Source: Yuukianura sp. NJ FZ-2021 (lineage: Eukaryota). From it: a stretch of 64,000 nt of DNA. Location: positions 13,640,001-13,704,000 of the forward strand of contig CM102285.1 in assembly GCA_046563655.1 (NCBI GenBank), read 5' to 3'. Positions 44,901 through 58,760 of this stretch are shown in pieces. Positions within the stretch are counted from its first letter, which is position 1. Every line of letters starts with the position of its first letter. A program made the position numbers and the translations under genes. The notes below the pieces were generated by a model. That model was not told the DNA's origin and searched no databases. It worked only from the letters and a program-made list of their open reading frames with translations.

Positions 44901-47900
44901 TGATCTTTTTGTATCACAAGAAGCTGCAGAGCTAGAGGCTCTTTTTGTTCTTTCTCTAAAAAAATCTAAAAAACTAGAACAAGTGCGTACGAAAAACGAG
45001 AGGAAAAGGAGCCAAGAGAGCCTAGGAATTTTCTAATTCTGTTCCATTTGATTCTATTTTATTAGCTGGAGATCCCTTTGACTCCTACTAGTATTTCTAT
45101 AGTACTTCTAGTCCCAGTATTTCTAGTACTTTTAGTCCCAGTATTTCTAGTACTTTTAGTCCCAGCATTTCTACTTCCAAGGCTCCTTTTGGTAGAAAGT
45201 GGATGCTAAAAGCGTGACTTCCAGAAGGAAAGTGATGGGTGGGCTTGGTCTGCATAGGAAATAGATTTTTTCCCAAGGGACTTTAAGGCTAAGGGCCCTC
45301 TGCCAGTCGAACCTTGGGAGCAGTGAGAACAGAAGATGCATACAAAACGAAATTCAAACCAAATTCAAAAGTCAAAGGAAAAAAAGCGCCAAGACCCACC
45401 CATATCTCAAACATATTTCTTACGGAATAGTGTACTACTAGGATCCTTTCAATTCAACTTTCGTCCAATTCTGTTTCATAGTCCACTTTTTTTTAAACTG
45501 AAATTTCACTTTGCAGCTATCTGCTATCGTTGGAAACAAACTACTGTCATTAGGTTAGTACGGGCAGGTTCAGTCTAAATTTCTAGTGGCGAGAAACAGG
45601 AGAAAGTTGGAGGTCAAAGGTGAAACGAATTTTGAAATTGGAGCGGAAACGCTGTGTTTTTTTTTTCAAATTTTTGCGTATTCTGCTTCTTTTTTTTTGT
45701 ATCTGATTTGTCGTTATTTTGCAATTGGTTCTCTTTTGTGAAAATGAGAAATTTGCAATCGTGTCCCGGAAATGAAGAGGTCCTGGTTGCGAAACGTGTT
45801 CGAAAGTTGTCACTGCTTTCTCCAAAAAAACGTGTTCGATTTTTTGTAAAAAGACTAGAGGGAAGAGAGGTTTGAGATTAGTCAAAGGGAATGAGTTTCA
45901 AATTCCAAGGGATCCTGTGCCGAATTCCTACAAAAGAGAAAGTTGTGAAACGGATCCTCTATTGAAGGACGTAGACGTAAAAGAGATGATTCTGATCCAA
46001 TAAAAGTGTGAGCAAAGGGCCATCTTCCTTTCATCCCTCGTCCCAAGGGCCCTTCCCCTGAGGCCTTCAAAATTAACTTTCTCCAATCATAGTCCCATTC
46101 CTTTCTCCCCTACTCCCTATACCAGCCTAACGTAAAAACCTCAAAACCAATCATCGTCCTACTGCCAGCATTCTGAAATGCTGGCAGTATTTGATCACCG
46201 CGCTTCGTCTACACTCACTACCGCTTCATCCGCTTCCTAAACTAAAGAACTGAAAGAATAAGCTCCTAACCTTAGTAATTTATTCGGAGCGTCTATTAAG
46301 TCCCCTCCTTCGCCCGTACTTTCACTTTCATCATCCTGTCTCATCTTCCAGTCGACAAATGGAGCACATCCGAACAATTTCCGACTTGGATGAGGTCCAC
46401 ATGCTACCTTTAGGTTCATGTTAGGTTAACGTTAGGCTAAAGTTAGGTTCACGTTAGGTTGGTAAGGTTTTTGTGAAACTAGAAAGTTGTACTTCATTTC
46501 CTCCGTCGCTACTTTCTTATACCCGACTTCTAACAATTCAAGTCAACCGACAACCTGGAGTCGTTTAGCACTTTCTTTATTTTATAGTAAACTGGGAAGC
46601 GTTTCTCATTTTGCGCTGTTTCGTGTTTTCATCCCTCCGTGCACTTTGCTATGTGTAACGTGTGAGAGTGTGTGGCTTTTGAAGACGACGCTGAAGATGT
46701 TTCTCATTCTGTCGACGTTTACGTCCCGAAAGAGTCAGAAAATCGACTTTCTCCTACGCTCAGCCTCCTTCCAACAATTTCAACTTGTACAAGGCCTGTT
46801 TTGCTCTTAAAAGTTTCTTTATATTTTCACTGCCTTCCTTTTCCTTTGGATCTGGCAAAAGACCAACAACAGTCTCATCTCTTCCTGGATCCATATTGAT
46901 GAATTTTTCTCCCGCTTCATCCCTCGGCCTAGCTCCCCGCACTTATTTTTCTCATCATCACTTTGGAAAAAAAAAGTACAGAATTTTCCTTCATCATTAT
47001 AAAACAGAGAAACATCATCTTCCCACTTTCCAAATGAGGATTACGAGCTGCAGCGACTCTTTCTCCGGTTCCCGCTTTTTTAAAAACATAAAAAATGAAA
47101 CAAATTAATGCAAAAAGGGGATTCGGATTCGCTTTTTCCTGAATTTCTTACTTTCTCTTCGAAAAAAAAAAGAACACTCATCACTCTCACATTTTTCACT
47201 GAAATGGGAGAAAGTACAAAAATAAAACAAAGATTTCTAGATTTCTTTTTCGAAAAGTAAAAGTACATTTATTTTGATTTTGGCATTACTCTATAAAATG
47301 AGAAAAATATTTTAGTTCAGCCTGGTCCAAGGAGACGCCCATTAATAACTATTAAGGCTTAAGAGCAGAAAGCTCTCGACAGTCTGCGGATTCAACAGTC
47401 TCTTGTCACCTCTTACTCGAAAATATTTCAAGTTATCCCGTTTTCTAAAAATTAGTTTATACTATGCTGGTTTATAAATTTTCAAAAAAGTTTTTTTCAA
47501 AAAAGTAGAAATTTGTTTAAGAAAGAAGGAGAAACCAGGAAAACAAAAGAGATGAAGAGAAAATGGCCCAAAAATGAAGCCGAGAGAAAGACTTCAAACT
47601 TAGGCAAAGCGAAGTATGAAGTACTACGAGCAGGAATGGGCTACTAGTAGCTAGCTGTAGCTACTTTTTTTTTAGTCTTTTTTAGACTTCGTAAGAAACC
47701 TATAGTCTTTCTAAACTTAAGACTTCAAGCTAGTTTGTTCCACTGTAACTCCTACAGTATATTTTTTTCTCTTGTGGAAAGTGGGCGAAAGCAATGAATA
47801 TCAATCTTGATATTCTTTTGAAAGTCGGAGACTTGCCGCATGGAATTTTAACCGCCACGGCGGTCCTTCTCAAAAAAAAAAGTTTTCTTGAAGCTTTCAC

Positions 47901-50900
47901 CGTGCGCCCAAATACAACCAGCCAGTCTTTCCTTCAAGAAGTTCTGAATATTAATGACCACGAAAGCCCAAGCTTCTCTCTCCATTCCAAGTCTCTTTGC
48001 TACCACAAACTAACTTTCTCCATTTTTCTCAAGAATTTTTAGGAACTAACTCTGTTAGGAGGAAGAAAAAGAATAACTAAGCAGTACTTTGTAACTACTT
48101 CCAAATATATATACAAACATTAGACATAATTATTATGACGCTTTTTTTCAAAATCCAAACTTTTTTTTAGTTTTTAAGTCTCTCTTGGCGTCTTTTCTCA
48201 AAGCCTTTTTTGTCTCTTCCGCTCGTCTGCTTTCTTCTTTGCCGGAAACTCAATTAAAACAACAAATTTCCCAAGAGGGAGCCACCAGCAGCAACACAAT
48301 GCATGAATTTGGTCCTTCGATTCTCTTTGTACTTTCACTCTTTGTACACTGAAATTTTCCAATTCAAAAAATTTGAAGAAAGTATCAAATTTGAAGAAAA
48401 TTTGAAACGAAAATTTGAAGAACTTGAAGAAAGTTTGAATTGAGCTTACAATTTCCTTCGTCTTTTTTACGCAGTGTGTGTGTGGGACTCAGATTTTGAA
48501 ATTTCGAATTTTTTTTTAAATCGGTTGAGTAACTTTTAGGAAAATTGTGGCTAGGAATCCGTTTCATTTGTTGAAGAGACCATGTGAATTGTAAACAAGA
48601 ACAGGATTACAACAATTCCCAAGTGCAGTTCCCTCTACGGAGAAAAAGCAGAGAAAGCGAAAGTTGCGTTTCTTTGAATATTGTTAGTAGTCGTAGTTTT
48701 TTTGGCTCCGGGAACAAATCCTTCCTTCTAGCTGTTTTGTGGATCTTGAATTTGTGAATCTCCTGTTCTGCTACTGCATCAGTTGAAAGAAGATTCTGAA
48801 CGCATCTTCCTTGTACAATAGAAAGAGAATGTTCAAAGGGAAAAGCCCCAGAGTTCCTCATTGGGTTCATCTACATGGAAAATCCAATCTTCGAAATGGG
48901 ACCAAACCCAAATCCGTCCTTCTAGATTTGGTCTGAAGTGCGTGTGAGGGTGGTAGCAACAATTCAAAAATAATAAATAAAAGGAAAAGCTTTGGGTTTC
49001 CCACAAAACAGTCTTTCAAATCTGACAAGGTTGAAACTTTAAGCTTACAGTTTTCTATAGTTCTTAAGTGAATGAGAAAGTAGAGAAAGCAGAGCTTTAA
49101 ATTTAGTGGATTAGTAAGTTGGGACAGAAAAATCATAAACAAGTTTAATTAAATTTTTAATGAGAAAATATTTCTGAAATTTTTACTTTCACCGAGAGAT
49201 TATTCTGGATTTAGGCAAGAGAAAGCATTGCAACGTTCAAAATTTGTTGCAGCTTACAAACAACTTTTTTTCGGAAACAGATTCAAATTGAAAGAATTCT
49301 GTAGCGAACTTTTTTTTGGACTTTGAGCCGACAAGTCAGTTGACCGAAACGGGAGATTGCTTGGTCGAATTTTTCGGATGAAGACTTCTAGTAGCCGATT
49401 AGGAAGATGGATGGAGCAAAGCTCCCAAGAATCTTTTTTTTGAAAGTTCCCTCCACTTGGAATCGTTCTCACAACATGGAACGGAAAACCAGAAGGCTCA
49501 ACTTTCCTTGTTTCTATTTCTATTCTTTCCTACTATTTTTACTCTCCAAGAGATCAAAGAGTCTCTTGCTCTACATCGCTGGTTGCTTTTTTTCAAAAAT
49601 GAAGAAGCTAGGAAGCATGTGCGTGTTGGAATTTTCGTTTTCTGGAGAAAGTACACAGAAGATCAGCTTTCCCCCTCTGTTTGGAGAGTCTCCGGGGAGT
49701 CATAAAAACACTTGATTTGCCTGAACATTCATTTCAGAAAGGATGTTCCTTCTGAAGCTTTCACCTTCCTCAAACGCTTTCACCTCCTTCCAAAACCCAA
49801 CTTCATAACTTTGGCGCTCTTAAGCTGTTTGGGCCTGGGTTAGGGTAGGCTCAGTTCACTTTCGGTGGCTCCCATAAGTCAATTGCCAAAACTTGGCTTG
49901 GCGGGAGCTGAGGAGAAACGCTCGTTTATTGCTCCAGAGCCTCTGGGCCGCCTTCACCTTCCATCATCACGTCTGCCACCTTTAATCAAACTCCTTTCCA
50001 TATACCAAAAACTATGAATTTTTACAATTTGAAACAAAAACTGAAAATTTCATACCCTAACTTTTAAGAATCTCAAAATCTTAACATAAGATATCCTAAC
50101 ATTTCAAAAAACATGCTGACTTTCACTTTAATCGCTTCATTTCAATCGCATCTTTTTCATGATCAAGAAAGTTCTGCTTATTCGAAAAAATTTGCGAGTC
50201 AATTGGAATGTTTTAAGCGTTTCAAAAAAAATCCTGCCACTTTTTGTCTAAAATTGACTTTGTCTAATGAGTTGAAAAGATTTTGGAACCTTAATTGCGG
50301 TAAACTTAAAATTTTGAAAATTAATTGCCCCAGCAGGTGAAAGTTGACCTTTTGAATTCTAAAATTTTTGACAGCCCAGGAGTTCATTTTGAACTCAAAG
50401 TTTTAAGTGTGCTGAAAAGTGACTTTCCATTCGTCATTTCTTTTTCTTTTGGTGGGAGAGTTTTGCTGAGTTCCTGAATAGAATAATTTCCTGGTCTTTG
50501 TCACTTTAGGGTCCAAACCTAACTTAAGAGACTAAAAAGCTAAGGCGGAAAGGAAGAATAAGACGTTGACTACTCCCTGAGGGATCGTTTATAATTTCCA
50601 TCATTCATCATGGAATTAAAACGGAATTGCCATTTCATTAAATCCTGCTCTGTCAAGAACCAAAGGACTTTCACCAGAACTTCAACTCATTTGTATGCAC
50701 ACGGGCACAACTACGACGCAGAGCAGAAGCCACGAGTCAACAAATTCTCAATTTTTAATACTACCAAACTTCAAAAACTCAAAACCAGAACTGACGTCTT
50801 TCTTTCAGGATTTCAGGCCATTCAACCTTGTTCACGTGCCAAAAAAAGAAAGTTAGCACAAAAAAATGTACAAAACGTTAAAATTTTATTGAAATCTTTC

Positions 50901-53900
50901 AAAAAAGTGACAACGCTACAACCTGTGATGAATGTAGTGTAAATTCTTCTGAAAACCTTGGAGAAAACCAAGGAGCTCCCATGTAGCGACATGCTTCACT
51001 CCAAGTTGTCTTGAACATGTTCTTGACATGAAGCCAAAAGACAATAGCTAAACACTTTCTTTCCGTCGCCTGTCCGAACCCATTTGAAAGCAAATGTCGC
51101 GCCATTGGAAGTTCCACGGGTCAAGAATCTCCTTTCCCGCTCAGATTCAAATCCAGACTTTCACTTTTTTCTTTTCTCCGAGATTCGCCCTAAACCTTGT
51201 TGGACATGACCAAAAAAAAGTGCGGGGCTACAAGTGTGACGTTGGGCTTTTTTTGGAAAAGTGGAAGAGAAAGTCAGAGTGACAGAATTATTGCTCTGTG
51301 CTCGCTGTCCTATTCAACTTTGGTCCAAAAAGAAGATAGTTACTCCCTCCGAAGCAGCTAGCATAGTTACTCCCTCCAAACCCGAAGCATCTGTCAATAT
51401 CAGTTCCAATTCAGACTTTTCTTCTTTACTCTATCTAGCTTTTAGCTTTTAGTTCTAGAATTCTACACTAAAACGATTTCTAGAACAAAATCTTCCATGT
51501 TCTAACTGAAATGTAAAACAAATCTCTGGATCAAAGGAAATTTATTTTTGAAATTATGCGGTCATTGGATCGAAGTGGAAAGTTTTCACTTTTTTTTAGT
51601 TTTCTAAAAAGTCAAATTCAAACTAAAATTAAGTCTTACACGAAACCCCAAACTTTCTCTCTTAGTTTGTCTTGATGTAATTCCAGAAACTTTTAGTTTT
51701 ACAAAATGTACTTGGGAATTCAAATCATGTAATCAAGTTCAGAACCTTCAAAGGAAGCCATTCCTAACAATCCCAAGCCAATTCTACTACTACTGCCAGT
51801 ATACTTTCTCTTTTGCTTTAGTTTTTAGAGCTTCCAGTTCGATTCTCGGAGAAGGTGGACTTTTTTGTGTCCTGAGGGCTGTATACTCGTCTCACATGCT
51901 AAAGCACTTTAGCCATGTTTAGAAATGGAAGCTTTCGCTTTCTAAAACATTGAAATCTACACAACGTTCTCCGTTGTGTGTTCTAAAAACGATTTTATGA
52001 ACAACGGAGTTGCATTGAATTTTGAAAAAAAGTTAAACAGAAACCAAGGTGCCTTGATGACGAAGTTATTTTTCTTTAACGAGTTGAGTACTACCTCGAT
52101 TGTTGACAAAAAATGAAAAATTAAAAATTATTGGTACGATTCTCAAAAACTGATACCAATTCGCACGCAAAATTTTAAAAAATTGGCTGTTATGATTATG
52201 ATGCACTGAAATGAAAAGTTACAAAATCGAAATAACATGGCGCATTATCCAACCTGTTAAAGAAAATCAAAGTCAACAAACCTTGACAGAAACCTTGGAG
52301 AAAGTTCACTTTATTGAATAAAAGTGAGTTCATTTGGAGAAATTTCTGCTTTATCTGTGAAAAAGTGACCACTACTGCGTGCTTTTTTTGTGCATTTTGA
52401 TGTCAGCAAGGCCTTGGAGGGTTTTGTATCATTTCTGACCGTCGTCTTTTGAAAGTGGGAACTTTTCACCCATTTCGGTTTTTGAAAGGAACGTTATTGA
52501 ATTTCCGAATAGTGAGTGAGTGGACCTGGAGCCAAAAAGAGACTCTTTTGGACACAGGAAGAAGAATCTTTCCAATCAAAAGCTGAAGCAGATCGACGGG
52601 ACAAAATCCCTGTAGGGGACTTTTGATTCTCTTGACTGAACCAAAAGCAAAAAAAAAGTTGCTAGAAGACTTTTTTTAGGCTTTTTCTAAGTTTCGTTCT
52701 AAGCCTTTTTAGGTTGGTCACTTTTTTGTTGGATAGAAAAAGAAAATGTGGAAGTTGACATGGATTACTGAGGAATTGAGTGACCAAAGGGAAGGAAAGA
52801 AAGCTAACGAAACAGAAGAAAATGCTTTGGGAAGGACTTAGGCTTCTTCCTATTAACTTTCTCATCCTGCCCACATCTTTGTCTTCATTCCCACTTTGCT
52901 TTCACTTTCCCGCGTCTTTTAGGAAGACAAAGTCCCAACGGGGGTCGGACTTTATTGGATCTTCCCATTGGAGGTCGCAGGGACTTGCCAAAAAGAGGAG
53001 AATGAAATTGGCAACTGAAAAGTGGCGGAGATTGCAAGCCAAAACAGAAAATCGAAATAAAAAAAATCAAACACTTATTTCGAAATCCCAAATACTTTCT
53101 TTATTACTTTTTAACATCGAACATAAAAAGTTTCAAAGTGAAAGTTTCTGAACGCCCAAAAATTGTCACAAAACAAAACGCGAATTTCGGTTTAGCGAAA
53201 AACAGGGTTATTTGAAAATTTTGCCTGAAGTTTGAAAATTCTGCTTGAAGGTTGTGACCTCTTAGATTGCTGGTGACCTTTGGAGAAGCTTTTTTGGAGT
53301 GTTTTTCAAAAAAGTACGTTTTCGCTTTATGTTTAAGTGAGGTTTTTCCTCTAGCTTTTCCTAAGTCAGTCTTATTTACCCACTAAGGTTCTTCGTGAAT
53401 GTTGAATGTACGAGGGAAAGTGAAAGTGTGTGGCGTTTCTTAGATTTTCTAGACCTCTTGTATCCTTCTGAGAGCCACTTCAGTGTCATTCAAGTTCCAG
53501 CACCACAAAATCCCTATGTTAATGGTTCCACCACCCACTTTCTCCTTACATTTCTTAGACCTAAACTATTCTCCAGACTTGAACCACTCCACAATTCACA
53601 GAAAAGCTTCAATAGGGGGCAGGGGTGGTGGGTTGCCCCTAGGCGTGTAAATCCGGATTTTTGCTCCGGATTTTTTACGGATTCGGATTTTTTTAAAATC
53701 CGGATTTTGAAAACATTGAATCCGGATTTTTGTTCCGGATTTTTGACGCATTCGGATCCTTCCAAATCCGGATTTTGAAAACATTGAACACGGTTTTTTC
53801 CGGATTTTTAGTCCAATTTGAGGGTATGGAAAATTAGGAAATGGACTTGAAAAATCGAAAAATTGTGTTTAAACTTTAATTAATTCTTAAAACAAATTTG

Positions 53901-55838
53901 AGAAAAACGGGTATTCATGATATTTGTTGTAAACGTTTTTGGGTGTTAGGAGTATACAACCAACGTTGTTGGTAGTTTTGAAAATTTCTTATGACAAATC
54001 GTATGTATTGTACAATCCGAATTTAAATCCGGATTTCAGATTCAAAATCCGTCAAAATCCGAAATCCGGAAATCTGGAAATCTCGGACGGATTTCCACCC
54101 CTGGTTCCCCACCCATTGAGGGAGTAGTTAAAAAATTCCTTAACTGAACTCTTTCTGACGAAATGGAGTGCCCCTCTGGCTGAAACGAAGTCCATGGTTC
54201 AATTTGCAGACAAAAGACAATTAGAGGCTTGAGAATTAATTTAGAAGGAGAGAAAACAATGTGAAAGTAAATAATGCCTCTGTTGTTTCCTCAGTGTTTC
54301 CTCCCTCTCAGTGAAAGTTAGGAGTTCTACGAATCTGAAACAAAGTCTAAGAAACAAAAGTGGTTACAACGGTTCTTGCTTAGACTCGGAGGCAGGATGA
54401 TGGAGAAGTTTCTCATAATGTAGTCTAACGACAGTTTCCTTTCCTCGAGGAAAGTGGTGAAAGGGGCTCCTGCTGCCCTATTGAGTTATGGGCAAAAGAA
54501 AGTGCTTCCTAATTGGGCAAAAGTTTTGATTCCATTTGTCACTCTTGCCTCAATTTTCATTCTTACATTTATTCATTGGGTGTTGGAATTTACTTTCACT
54601 AGTTTCACAATGCTACTATACTTCCAAAGTCCACAATTGACAAAATTTTCAGTTTTATTCAAATCTGACCGCGCAATTTCAAAAAGTTTTGAAAACTTTC
54701 CAAAACTTCGTACATGCTTTCACTTTGGAAAAAGAAAATAAAAACGAAAACTAAAAAATTCAACTTTCTCTTATTTTTCTAGCAAAATGTGAAAAAAATG
54801 CTTGTTAAAAATTAAAAAATGAGCAGATTTGTGTACTAGAAAGTGAAGTTAGATGAAGTTGAAGGCTAAGTTAGTTAAATTAGTTAAGTAAATTAGCTTA
54901 GGTTATGTTCGGAAGTTCGCTTAAATTGAGGAATTTGGTGAAAGCGTAACTAATTTCCGTTGTTGTTGTGTTTTTGTTGTTTTTGCAGTTTGTAATCACT
55001 TTTCTCGTGGTGTTTACACAATGATGGGAGCCGTTAGTCCAGGATCCTTTGATACCTTCCACTCCTACGCCAACACGTTTCAGATCCCCTTCATGACACC
55101 CTGGTTTCCAGAGAAGGTAATAAACGCCCTTCCATTATCCATCAATGACAAGACATAACCTCACCTAACTTTCACTACAGTAACGCTCTTAGAAACTTCT
55201 TTTCTTGTGCAGCAGCGCTTCACAAAAGTTTTTTTCAGTGCAACAACGCTTCCAGCACTTCCGAGTCTCAATGGGAATGACGCTGGAAGGAGCAGCGACG
55301 TCTTCAGACTTTTGATTTCCTTGGTTCATAATTGCTTTGAGACTTTCTCCTCAACTTTAACCTCGTTATGACTTTTTTTAACAATTCAGAGGCGGTTTCT
55401 CCCCCATCTTTTCAAATTCAATTTAAAAAAGCGCTTCTTTGAAGGAAATCTTGAAAAAAAGTTTTAAACTTTTCGTTTTTTGGGGAACAAAAGAAAAATT
55501 GGCTTTCAACGAAATTAGTTCCTTTAGTTTCCAAAAAATTAAATTTAATAAAAATGAAAACTAAAATTGGACATACCACACTTTGTATCTCCAAAAAAAA
55601 CTGATTAGATGTGATCCCAATTTAATTTTAAGGAAGCGCGGGTTAGGATAAACTAAAAATTTGAAATTTTCAAAAAAGTGTTTTTTGAAACTAATTTTGA
55701 AAATATTTGCTTTTCAGATGGTGTCGTCACTAATGGAGTACGCGACAAGCATGATGCCAGACTACCATAGAGCCGTTGTTGACACAATCCGATACTACGG
55801 CTGGCAAAACATCATCTACCTCTACTCGTCTCATGAAG
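41985..55838 (+). CDS. AMPA-type ionotropic glutamate receptor (GluRIA/GluRIB-like), 5' part only. Exons 41985-42084, 44410-44556, 54989-55116, 55718-55838; continues beyond the window
   Basis: Signal peptide followed by EKIPL|GAIFEQGSTQVQTAFKYA...RRFELTAFVDVINTADAFKLSRT|ICNHFSRGVYTMMGAVSPGSFDTFHSYANTFQIPFMTPWFPEK|...PDYHRAVVDTIRYYGWQNIIYLY, matching the arthropod GluRI amino-terminal domain; splice phases consistent. Confidence 0.92.
45090..45173. repeat. 24-bp minisatellite, about 3.5 copies
   Basis: Unit AGTATTTCTAGTACTTTTAGTCCC. Confidence 0.85.
52045..52285 (+). mobile_element. MITE family A, copy 3 (GluR intron)
   Basis: CAAGGT...ACCTTG termini; perfect 8-bp TSD ACAGAAAC (52037-52044 and 52286-52293); colinear with 35763-35988. 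Confidence 0.9.
53640..54103. mobile_element. hAT-like MITE with subterminal ATCCGGAT arrays
   Basis: Termini TAGGCGTGTAAATCCG and CGGATTTCCACCCCTG (13/16 inverted match), many ATCCGGAT palindromes near both ends, partial 8-bp TSD (gttgcccc/gttcccca). Confidence 0.65.
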
Positions 55839-58342
55839 GTAAGCAAACACATTTTTGGAAAATATTTCGAAATTTTGAAATGAGACGGAGAGAACTCGAG
55901 AATGCATAAATTTTGAAATCCAAAGACAAAATTACATAAATCTTCAAAGTCATAAATTTCATGTTCCGCATCCAAGGAGAAAATTTGTCACTTTGGAATT
56001 CCAACTCTGCCGAAAACTGCCGCTCGCTTTGAAAATTTTGAGATTTTGTGATTCCGTGACATGTGCTCATAATTACAGTTCCCATTTGAGCTCAAATTAG
56101 TTTTACATATGAGAATTAGTTCTATGCTTTCTCCTGCATTAGGCTAGATTAGTTTCATAAAGTCCCGGGACTAATTTGACATCCGGGAATCAACTCCCGA
56201 CTACAAAGTTAGCAACAACCCAACTGCTCCTCCCCTAACTTCCGGAACACAATCTACTACAATCAGGAAATCCTGTGGTTGATTTCACACAACCCATGAC
56301 TACAACTACACCATGTTAAGTTCAAACTAGACTTTCAACTTGTTTTAACAACCAAAACCACCATACCACCCAATGATTTATAAACTACCCAAAATTCCAA
56401 ATTCCACTCCAACCTAACAACATTAAAAAGACTACTCAACATTTTCTACCAGAACTTTCAAAATTTCAAAACTCTAATTCTAGCATTTTGAGTTTTCAAC
56501 ATTTTTGAACTAAAAAAAAAACATGTTGAAAATTCAATTAGTCAAAAAGTCAAAAAATCAATCACTTGTCATTTTCACAAAACTTTCACCACTGTCATTT
56601 TTGTCGAAATTTTTGTCAATCAAGACTGAAAATTCCGCTTTCTCGAAAATTTTGAAACTTTAATGACCTCAAAAATTTTTTAACTTTGCTATATTTTGTT
56701 TTCTTTGATTCTATTTTTCTACTTTCTCTTTTATAGTTCGAAATCTTATGTGTTTTGTATCAAAATGAGAAAACAAAAACAGGAGTAGTGAAAGCGGAGT
56801 GTGATAAAAGGAAAATAATAAATCAACAGCAGAGAAATGATTTCCAAAGTAATTGGTCGGACACAAAAGTAATTCGAGAAGATCATGCTCGCTGAAGCGC
56901 CGCTGATGTTTCATCTTCTCAGCAAGCGAGCGAGCGAGCGAGCGCTTGAAGCGCTTTTGAGCACTCAACGCCGCTTCATCTCCGAAAGTGATCCTGATCC
57001 ACAAGAACCCTTTGCCGTATTAGAAGATTTGATCTTAAACTATTTTTGTGTAGACAGGATAATAGTAGTTGACGTCCATTGTGCCTTTCCATTGTTTCGG
57101 TGTCTCCTTTCAACTTCATCTTCCTCTTGCTGTGTCTGTTGAAGGAGATTAATGAGTCATGTAATTGATTTATGAGCCAAAATTTCAGTTCGCCTTTCTC
57201 CCGTGGGCTTTCTCATGATGCCCATCTCTGTATTTAATTTCAACAGAAAACGGACAAGAGTAGAGCCAAAACTTGTAGTTTGAGTCCAGCACTACAAATA
57301 GAATGACGATGATGGGCATGTATCCGATGCGGAGCCTTTTAATTAAAAGGCTTCATGCGGAGTCAGATTTCATGGTTTCACAAATTTTGTTCACTTTTCC
57401 AATTCTCTCCTTTCAGTTTTCGAAAATTTTGCTCTCGCCTTTTGACAAGGGGAGAGCAACTCCAGACCACGACCACTAACGAGCTTTCACTCTATAATTA
57501 GTCGTCACTTCTTCACTTTCACTCTTTAATTAGAATTGAATTCCAAAAACGAACAGTTCCATATTTTGGGTTTTCAAAAAACTGAATTTGTGGTGGAAAT
57601 TCAAAATTTTGGTGGCAGTTTTCGGATTTTTAGAAAAAGTGAAAATGCTTTCACACCAAGAGTGTTTAAATCTGAGAGCAGAATAAGATCGTGTGTGGTT
57701 GGAAAAAATGCGGGAAGTTTCAAAAGAAAGTGAAAGCAAATTGTGATGATGATGAAAGACAAATCTTTGGTGAAGATCTTTCTGGTCTTTTTGTTCCCAT
57801 TGGTCCAATTTTTCTTTGGTGTTGGACAAGTATCTCTGTGTAACGTTAGGAGCATGGACGACTGGTAAAAGGCCTAATGGACTTGGGAAATGGAGAAAAT
57901 GCGGAGTGGGAATTTTTTTTTTGAACTTGGACTTTTTGCTCGGGTAGAAAGTCCGTCGTGTCCTTCACTTTGGGAGAGGGAAATGGTGTTCATACTTAGG
58001 AAATAGTCAGCAATTTCTTATCGTCCCCTCCTGTGTCCATGGTCTTCTGGACAAACTTCGTCAACTTGCCCTCTTCCAGCATCCATCACGCTTCCAGCAG
58101 GCCCATCAACTCCGTCCCTTGGGAAACTAGCCTAACCTAACCTAGGGAAAGCGAACTGCCGATTGCCCGCTTTCCCTTAAGGCACGCACCGTCAAACAAG
58201 GCAATCAGAGTAGTGGTCAGCAAATTCTCGTAGAGCACGGAAGAAAAGAAGCGGGAAATCGGCTACTTAATTAATTTCTAATTCTTTATCTCAATTAATT
58301 ACTTTAGATGTAGAAAAAAGTTATAAAAAGTATTTAAAAAAC

Positions 58343-58760
58343 GAGAATTTTAACTTTCGGAAGTTTTGAATTTCGGAGTTTTTGAATTTCGGGAGTTTTA
58401 TTTTAGGAGATTTGGAGGTCAAGAATTTTAATTTTCCTGAGTTTTGAATTTCGGAATTTTTGAATTTAGAGAATTTTAAATTACTTAGGTCGAGGTCGAG
58501 AATTTTAAAATTCTGGAATTTTGAATTTCGAAATTATCGGATTTCGGGAGTTTTAATTTATTTTGGAGGTCGAGAATTTTAATTTTCGTAAGTTTTGAAT
58601 TTCGGAATGTTTGAATTTCGAGGGTTTTAATTTATCTTGGAGGTCGAGAATTTTTATTTTCGAGAGTTTTGAATTTTGGGATTTTTGAATTTCGGGAGTT
58701 TTAATTTAGAAGACTTTTGATGTCGAGAATTTTAAATTCCGGGAATTTTTGAATTTCCGG
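58343..58760. repeat. Degenerate tandem repeat, about 70-78 bp unit built from about 17-bp subrepeats
   Basis: Recurring GGTCGAGAATTTTAA and TTTTGAATTTCGG. Confidence 0.8.

Noticed and set aside
46410..46465. TTAGG runs as an interstitial telomere
   Set aside because: Short, interrupted and scattered through many introns; no true (TTAGG)n tract
58343..58760. Repeat array as CRISPR
   Set aside because: Eukaryotic context, degenerate tandem units without unique spacers, no cas genes
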